Shown here piece by piece: positions 24,001 through 33,000 of a stretch of 64,000 nt of DNA. How positions within the stretch are numbered: the first letter of the stretch is position 1; every line of letters starts with the position of its first letter. This stretch comes from a virus. Lineage: Duplodnaviria > Caudoviricetes. Position numbers and translations under genes: made by a program. The notes below the pieces were generated by a model, which saw only the letters and a list, made by a program, of their open reading frames with translations, was not told the DNA's origin and made no database searches. The stretch covers positions 68,670-132,669 of the IMG/VR virus record IMGVR_UViG_3300032030_000020, one strand, 5' to 3'.

Positions 24001-27000
24001 TTAGTAATGGCCTCTGCAGAAAAATCTTCCGTCGCATACAAGTTGATAAGGCTACTTTGATCTTGGATTGCGTCGTGAATAGTTTTTGTCGAAGCGGCCC
24101 TTCTCGCAGACAGTAATCCTGCATTGGACTGTGTGGTTACAAATTCGTCTAACCAATCTGCAGCCTGATCAAGAATTTCATCGGGTACTTGGTCGACAGA
24201 TGTTTGATTATCAATGATATGTTGTCTCAGTTCTGGATATTGCTCTTGCAGCGAGCTTTGCACTTGAGCAGACCCTCGAGCAAGAATTGATAACAATGAA
24301 TATTTCAGATCTTTTCTGTGCTGTGGTTTATCTTCGAGTCTTCCGTTGGTCGTCATTAACGAATTAAGACTCGCATACACAGAAGGATCGATGTTTCCGT
24401 ATTCATCTATTATCTCTGTAGGAACACCACTATCATAAAACAGTGAATTAATCACATCTCGATGATATTTTAAGCTGCTGTTCGCATCTCCTAAGAACGA
24501 TGGTTTGCTGTTCATCCTTGCAAAAACAAATTCTGCCGCTTGGTTTAGAACAGGCATAGCTTCGTCTGAATCGTTGTTTGTACGCAAATAAGACAAAGCA
24601 TCATCTAAGCCGTTTTTTGACAACAATGCTTCAACGTATTTTGTAAACGGGGCCACTTCTTTATTTCCTTTGCCAATTCTATACGCTGTTAACATCGTAA
24701 ACCCAGGATCGTAAGAAAAAAGCGAAGGATCATTTGTTCCTGCAAATGCATTATATGCAGCTAACGCATTAGATTGAGCAAGCGGATCTTCGTATATTTG
24801 TTCAAAATTCTTATTGTACGAAGATTTAAACTTCAATTGAATCTGATCTCTAATTTTTTCGGATAATAATCCTTTATTGGTTTGAAGAAATTTGTCTGAA
24901 ATCGAACTTGCTTGAAGAACAATATCTTTCCACTTCGATAAGTCTGTTGTTGCCTTCGCTATTTCACCAGAAAGTTCAGGGAAAACAGATGCAAGATTCT
25001 GCAATGAATCTCTTAAACCGTTTTCGTTTTCTATGCTGTTTAGTTTCTTCCAAGCAACTCCTGCTTCTTCGACTTCTTTGATAACATCCAGTTGCTTTTT
25101 ATGTTGATCTTGCGCAGCGTCAGACATCGCGTTGTTCTGATTAAGTTTCTTCTGCGCTTCCTTAAGCGTTTTATCATCTTCTGATAACGGATTTGCAATT
25201 TGTCCAATTACAGATGAAAGATGTAAACCACCAACTAATGTAGCAACTGCAGTTAGTCCGCCCAAGAGCCATCCGATTGGACCGCTTCCTGTTGTGACGA
25301 TTGTTGCAATTGCCGCCGTAAGTCCAAGAATACCAGCTGTAATAATACTTAATCCAGAGCCTATTGATCCAGCGTTTTCGGCAGCAGTAGACAACCCTTG
25401 GAACAAAGAAGAAATGCCATCGATAACTCCAGTAACAGAACCTGCTTCTACAAGGCTCGCCACTACAGAATCAAACGAAGAACGGAATGTTTCCATTGAC
25501 GCAGACAGACTCTGCATCGCAATCTCGTACTTGCTTTGAGTAATGCCTTCAGAGTCTTTTGCCAGCCCCAAATATTTATCGAGCGTAGCTCCGCCATCTT
25601 CCGACATACCTTCCATCAATGTGGAGAATACGTTAGTCTGTCGTGTACCAGCCAAAGCATTCGTAACAATAGACTTCTGAGCATCGCTTAAGTTCTGCCA
25701 TACCTTAGACAGGTCAGACATAACTTCGTAAGCGGTTCTCATTTTGCCCGTTGTTTTGTCGTCCCACAGGTCTACACCTACAGCCTTTAATGCAGCTTCA
25801 GCATCGCTTGTGGTAGTCTTCTCGCCGTTTTGGTCTGCCGTATAGCCGGACAGGCTTAATCTCCGCATACGGGAGAACACGGTTTGAAGGGCTGTACCTA
25901 CTTGAGTACCGCTTAACTGGGTATCGGATGTACCAATTGTTAAGAGTGCAGTAAGTTCTTCGTAGGATACACCGGCAACCTTTGCAGATGCGGCCGCCTT
26001 TTGCATGCCTTTACCGATCTCGGCCGCGGTCGTAGCAGCAGAGTCACCCAATGCTACAAGCGCATCCATTGCTTCGGTGGCAGAGCCGACCAAGTCGTTC
26101 TGGAGAGCCGTAGTAATGATCTTCGTAGCTTCAGCAACGTTCAGTTTTGTAACGGTAGCAAACTTGATAATGGAGTCTGTACGTTCGGATACTTCCTGAT
26201 CGCTCAAGCCTTGACGATAGAGTGCCGCTTCGGTTGTAGCAACGTTGGAAACGGAAGTCCGAAGTCCTAACGCTTTGTTAATTGTCTGAGAACGAACAGC
26301 TTGCATGTCTGTGTCAGACTTTAACGTGATGGCTTGGATCTCGTTCATAGAAGAGTCGAACTCTTTGACAAAGCGTTTGGTTTCTTGAAGAGCCTTTTGG
26401 AAGACTTGGCGACCAAGGCGCTGGGTAAGCGCCTGAACTGATTGACCCAATGATGCAAACACGTCTCCTGCAGTGACGCTGTGTTTGCCAAGCTGTTCCA
26501 TTTCTGTGCGGGCTGCTGCTTCGGCATTCTTCAGCTCGTTCAATTTGGCTACTTCTTGATCATAACCTTCCGTGCCTTTCTTTTGCTCGACGACTCTTTC
26601 TTGATCCATGCGCATTTGTGTGGCCGTCATCAGGCGGTTCTCTTGTTGAGAAAGAGCACTTTCGTGAATAGCTAAAGCACGAGCTGCTATGCCTCGACTT
26701 CCACCGTAACGGTTACGACTAAGCTGGTCGCCCTGCCGCATAAAACGATTGTAAGAAACATCGTTGCGAATTGCTTGCATTTCTTGCTGTTCTCGAAGTG
26801 AATTATCGTATGTTTTTGCGTATGTTTCAACTGCTTTATTTAACTGTTCTTGTGTTGCACTTGGATTTATTTTAGCGTATGTTGCACCGAAATCATAAAG
26901 AGCTTTATCACGAATTACATTTGGATCTAAAGCGGTTCCGTTCATCATGGCTTCCACTCGTTTGTTGTCAAACGAAGCACCCGAATTGATCACCCGTTCA

Positions 27001-30000
27001 AGTGTTGTACCTTGAATGCTTGCAAAGGAACCAGCTTGTTTATCAATATCTGCTGCCCATGTTATTAAAGCTTGCTGAAGGAGCGCATCTTGAATTTTTT
27101 TCTCGCCGGTAACAGCATCTGTCTCCGTGGTAGCGTTAAGAATGTCTTGTGATTTTAGCTTTAAATTATTTATAACGCTTTCGACGCTACCTCCACTAAA
27201 AAGCTGATTAAGTCCAAAGTTTTCTTCCGTTTTATGTTTTTCTAATTCTTCTATCCATCCAACTTCGAATGATTTTCGATAATTGTCAATTTCAGCAACC
27301 CGTTTATCGTATTGAGATTCTGCTTTTTTAGCTGACGCCGCAAGAGTCTTCGCGTCTTTTCTTTTTTGGATCTCTTCATTTTTTATTCTTGTTTGCCACT
27401 GAAAATCTGTTTCTCCTTCACGCTGAGACTGATCATAATTTTGCATTAAATATTCATATGCTTCGTCTTCGTCTGTTAAAAATCTTCCATTTTGAACAAA
27501 CTGAGAATCGTTTTTAGCTCCGCGTAAAGCGCTAATATCCTGTTCGTATTTTCTGCGGCCCGCCTGTAATTTAGACAGCATATCGCCTTTACTGTAAAGA
27601 ATAGAATTATAGTCGTATTCTGCGGTTTTGCCCAAATTATCAATATACTCTTTTCTTAGCATAGAAAGATTAGCCATAGTTTGAATGGCTTTTCTTTGAT
27701 TAATATCAAAATCTCCAGACAACAAACTTACATCAGGAGCAGTATTCACAGTTTTTAAATACTGGTCTATTGTTTCTCTCTGCTCTAAATTGAACAAGTC
27801 GCGCAACTGATCTATATTTTGAGTGAAAGCATCAGAAGACTCAAATGAAGTATTGTGCAATTTCATACTTTGCTTATTGGCAAAACGCTGAACTTGCTGT
27901 AATGTTTCTTGATCCTTCATAAATTTGGCAACGAGATAAGATTTATCATTATCAATAAATTCGCCGTCGCCTACTTTATAGCCTGTTCTTCCTTGTAAAA
28001 CTTCTCTGTTTGTTTCACTTGTTAGGTTAGCCAAAAGTTTTTCATCCAAAACATTAGATCTATCACTAAAGAAAACATCATCTAATATCTCGTCTGGAGC
28101 ATACACAGGACGATTCGGGTCGCCTTTATCTTTTGCATCTCTTAACGGAACATTTGTTTTTAATTCGTCGTAAAACCCTGTTTTTGCAGAATGAGACAAT
28201 CTTCTCATCCCGTTATAAACTTCATCTCTAACTTCTTGTGCTTTATCTTGATTGTAACGCCAAGTAAGGATTCTTTGTTTTGGATTTTGAGCAAACATAT
28301 CAATTGCTTCAATGTTTGTTATTTTTGAATTACCCGTATCTTTATCTATAAACTGTCCAAACCATTCAAGATCTTTATCTACGGCACCATTTTGCCAATA
28401 TTGACGCCCTAACTCCTCTAGTTGTGTGGCATAGAACGCCATTTGTGCAATTGCATGCTTTTGTCCTGTTCCGCTGGATTTCCAGTCTGCGATTGTAATG
28501 TTTCCATTTTTGTCTTTCTTAATCATGTCTGGCGTGAAATACAAACCAGCTTGTCTTTCAACTGTTTGTCCGTTTGCGTCTTTTTTGTATCTTGGCATAT
28601 CAATAACTAACTGTCCATCTTGAGTCGGAACAAGCCAAACGCCATTTCCTCCTTCGGTTCGTTTGCTAATTAGCTGTTCGCCATTATCGTTATACATGAC
28701 GCCTTCGGACATAATCATGCCTTCGCCGATATGATTACGCCCTTCGTATAAAGGACCATAATAATGCTGGGCAATCTCATCCAGAGAACCATATGTTGTC
28801 TTGCCGTTAACATTACGCCGTTGACCATATGACAATTTTGCATTGAGTCGTTTTTGTGTGGCTTCGTCTGCGTGATGCGCAACGATACGACCATTTTCCA
28901 CAGAAAAAGACACTCTTGCTTGATCGCGCTCGTTTTTATGTTCATCGTCAAATAAGTAGTTTTCAAATGCTTTATACGCTTCGTTTCTTGCTTCTAAATC
29001 ATTTAAAGGATTAGCGCCTTTTCTCAGCTTACCGTATGTTTCCATAAACGTGTGAGCAGCAGAACCCAGAAAAGCATCCGCATCTATATCTGACGGAATA
29101 GTAGATCCTGTTAGAATTCTTCTTGCAATTTGCTCTCTTTGAGAAACGTGTCCTTGTTTTGTTGCATACTGCAACTCTTCAGTTTTAGGGTCAAAGCGCA
29201 TATACCCCTCTGGAGACATTTCCGATCCTGGGTGCGAAGTATCTCCACCGAAAACATCTGAATATGTTAAACCAAAAAAATCAATTGGTTTTTCCATATA
29301 TGCAGACGCATTCGACCAGTTAAAACCGGTATGTTTATATGCGGTGTGAAGCCGTTCTAACAAATATTGTCTTTGTGGATTTCCGGTTCTTCCTGTTTTG
29401 TCTCGTATTATTTCGTTAATCTGGTCTTCTTCTGCTCGCTTTCTTTCGGCTATTGCGTCTTGAGCGTTTTTCTGGAACAGAATGCGTGCAACATCACGAT
29501 CACTTTCTGAGACAAACGTGCCGTCTTTGATCGGATTGTCCCAATGCGCAAGTTCGTAGTATTTGTTAATATCGTCAAGATTGCCTTCTGTCCAACCAAG
29601 AAGCGTCTCTTGCTGAATCGCAGATCTTGCTTCGCCAAGGAGTTTGCCCATTCGTTTAGTAATCTCGCTGTTTTGATCTTTTTTATATTCGGCGTTATAT
29701 GCGTTTTGAAGCTTTGCAATCAGTTGTTCGCCTTTTTGTAAATCTTCGTTGCTAGAAATTTGGAAATTTCCAGACATTTTGTTGCCAACAAGTCCGGAAT
29801 ACCAGTCTGCTAAATCTTTTTCGGTTTGAGTTGCATTTCCAAATCTCGCTTGAATGTTGTTTGTTAAAGCTTCTCGTATGCGAGATCCATACGTCGGGTC
29901 CATATCTGCAAACATTTTTTGTGTACGCATATTTGACGTAGCTATAGCATCTATATATGTTGGCAATCCATATGCAAATATGTCCGTTGCACCAACCTTG

Positions 30001-33000
30001 TTGTTATCTTCATCGCTAAACAAAGATTGTACTAAACGCTCAATCGGCTTTCTTGTTTTTATTGCGTCGAGTGCCTTACCGGATGCTTGCGCGACTTGCA
30101 TGTCACTGTGTTTAATTAAATCAATAGCGTCGGCATATGTTTGGTTTGCGTATGCATCGACTATTCCAGCATCTTCATCGCTTAAATCTTGAGTTCTTCC
30201 GACAACTTGCCCCGCTTTGTATCCTAAACCCACGCCCCCGGTCGTAGTTTCTTGTTCAACGTTTGACGCTTCTGCGAAACTTGCACCATTTCTTGTCCCG
30301 CGCGTTTCTCCGCCTATCATTTTTTGGAGATCTTTGGCGGTTTCTCGTTCTTTCTCAATGGACTTCATGGCTTGTTGCGCATACCGATTTCTTTTCTCTG
30401 TTCTTTTTTTGAAGTCATCATCCGTTGCAAGAGCGTGGTACAACCATATAAAGTCCCCATCAAAGTCGCCAGTGTTAAGACTGTATAAGTCTTCGATGTT
30501 CATAACTGCAGCATCTGGAGACAATCCATATCTTTCTGCTGCCTTTTGCCTTCTTTGAATCGTGGCAAAGAAATTTGAACCGGCAGCATAAGGACTTCTT
30601 GTAGCGTTTGTTAAATCTTTGGTGCTTCCTCTTTGTGTAATAATTGTTCCGGTTTTTGCTTTCAGTTTTGCTGCCTCGCCTTGAGCATCGTGTCCTGTTA
30701 AATAATTTCCAACCGGATTCCATAAACTATAGGGGTTTGGTGTTGCGACAAGCATATCGGCTGGAAGCATAGCGTAGCCGCGAAGTGATTTTTCTTGCAG
30801 ATCTCTTTTTGCTCTCTGAATTTTGAATTGTATTCCACGATCAGTGTAAAGAAGGGAACTATCTTGTTGCACTCTTTTTGAATCCCTATCGTTTCCAGAA
30901 AAAAGGTAATCGATAATTCCTTCAGGAGTAGACAGTTTTTGAATTGCTTCTCGATAATTTGCTTCGGACCGTTTCATCATTTCAGGTGTGACAACAACTG
31001 AAGACATATAAGCAGGTGACCAGAATTGCTTCTTACCATAGAAACCCTCGGTATCTTTCATCAGTCGGAAACCAAAATCATATGCTGGGTTACCAGATTC
31101 ATTGAATAACTCATTTACCTGATCGGCAGTCAATGTGACAGCAGATCTGTTACTTTTAGAAGATCTGTTTTTGATCGCTGTTTTTTGATCTTCCGTTAAT
31201 CTGCTAAAGGCCGAATTGGAATTGCTCTTTGTAAGTGTTTCGGATATACTAAGAAACTCTTCCGGAGAAAGATGACTTAACGCACCTATGGATTTCACAG
31301 CGGTTTCATCGACAAGCATTTCGACGTCATCTCTCATGACGTCCACCATTCTACGATCTCGTAATTCTCTAAATTCAGCTAACTCGTCTTCTGTTAAATT
31401 GCGACGTCTATTGTTTAGCTCTTTGTATCTTGCAACTTGAGCAGCCGTTGTTCCTTGTCCAGCCATAAAAAAGTGAAGATTGTCATCGCCTTCAAACTCT
31501 TTATCTCTATAAGCGAATCCCGCATCTTCTAAGAACTTTCTCCAATCCTGATGAATTGCAAGAAATTTTGCGGGGCCCATTCTTGCCTGAACATCCTTAG
31601 AGTATGTTCTGTCATCAATTAATGCTCCGCCATCGAAACGAAATCTTTTTTCGAACTCTTGTTGCGTTTCTTTTTCGATTGCATCGTAAAACGACTTAAA
31701 ACTCACAACTGCAGCGCGCGGCGTTTTTCCTCCCAATTCCTCGATCGGAACAGAGTTTGAAAGCATTTTAGATTGATTAGAAAAATATTTTGCGTATTGT
31801 TTTACGCCTTCTTCTGAATATGGATCTATTGCCTTACCAGTTTTAGGATCTATCAGTAAATTGTTTTCGTCCGTTTCACTAAAATAAGAAAGCATTGGAA
31901 TGATCCCACGGGCTTTATCTTGCTTGATAAGAGCATCGTAGACATCTTTTCGGATCATCTTCATGCTTCCGCCGCCGGTTACGTTGGACACAGCTTTAAC
32001 ATATTCAAGATCTCCTTGATTTTCTGTACTAAGCGTTACAACGGCACCTTGATTAACTTGATCTATTAAATTTGCGTTGTCTCCGGCGAAATATGCTTTT
32101 CTTTGAGTCTTTCCTTTTAAATCTTTTTCTTCTTTGAATTTAACGTTTCCGTGCTCATCGTGTTCTCTAAAGTAATCAAGAGGCACATCGATGATCATCG
32201 GAGCGCCTTTTTTCGGAAGATTTTTTTCATCGAAGCCGTATCCAAAACTCCAATCTTCAAACTTGGCTCCGGGAGTCAATCTAATAATTCGATCTAACAG
32301 AGGGTTTCTCCCCATCGTAATCCATTCATCGTTTACGTCTTGAAATATGCCGTTTTGCTTTCTCCAATTATAATCTAATAAATGAGGATCAATATTATTC
32401 TGTCTCGGCGTTTGGACTGTAAATCGAAGTTTTCCGCCTTCATTTTGAATTGCCATACGTGGAATATTGATCATTGCAGAATTATTTAGTTTTTGAGTAA
32501 CATGTTCTTCGTCTTCGTATCGTAATCCTTGTGGGATTTGCCAGCCCTCTTTAATATATGGCATCGCGTCCGGCCTTCGATCTAACCACATTAATGTTTG
32601 AGCTTCTCTGTTTCTTTTGCTATCATTTCTCACGATAGCAGATTGATAATCAAAGTCATCAAATCTGCGGATGTATTGCGGGGCGCCTTGAGAAGCCCTT
32701 CTGGCTTTCTGAGCAACATATCCACCAAACTGATCTAATAGTGCGCCGTTGGCATCCGCAATATCGATATATTTATATTTTCCGCCGTTAACCTGTCGAA
32801 CAAGACCAGATTTGATTGCGGCTTCAAAAGCAACAGAGTTTCCTGATTCTATTTCATCTCTTATAGCGCGATAAAATTCTTCTTCCGTCGCCCTGTTGCT
32901 TGCTGGCAATTTGGGAGTTGGTTTGTCTGATTTTATTATGCGTCCACCGGACAAATAAGACGCTTTATATCTATCTGGAGCGTTATCTGTGACAATAACT

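Noticed and set aside
12654-30723. Numerous short ORFs overlapping the tape measure, e.g. 17355-18275
   Set aside because: Shadow ORFs within a continuous 7242-codon frame; no independent expression signals seen.
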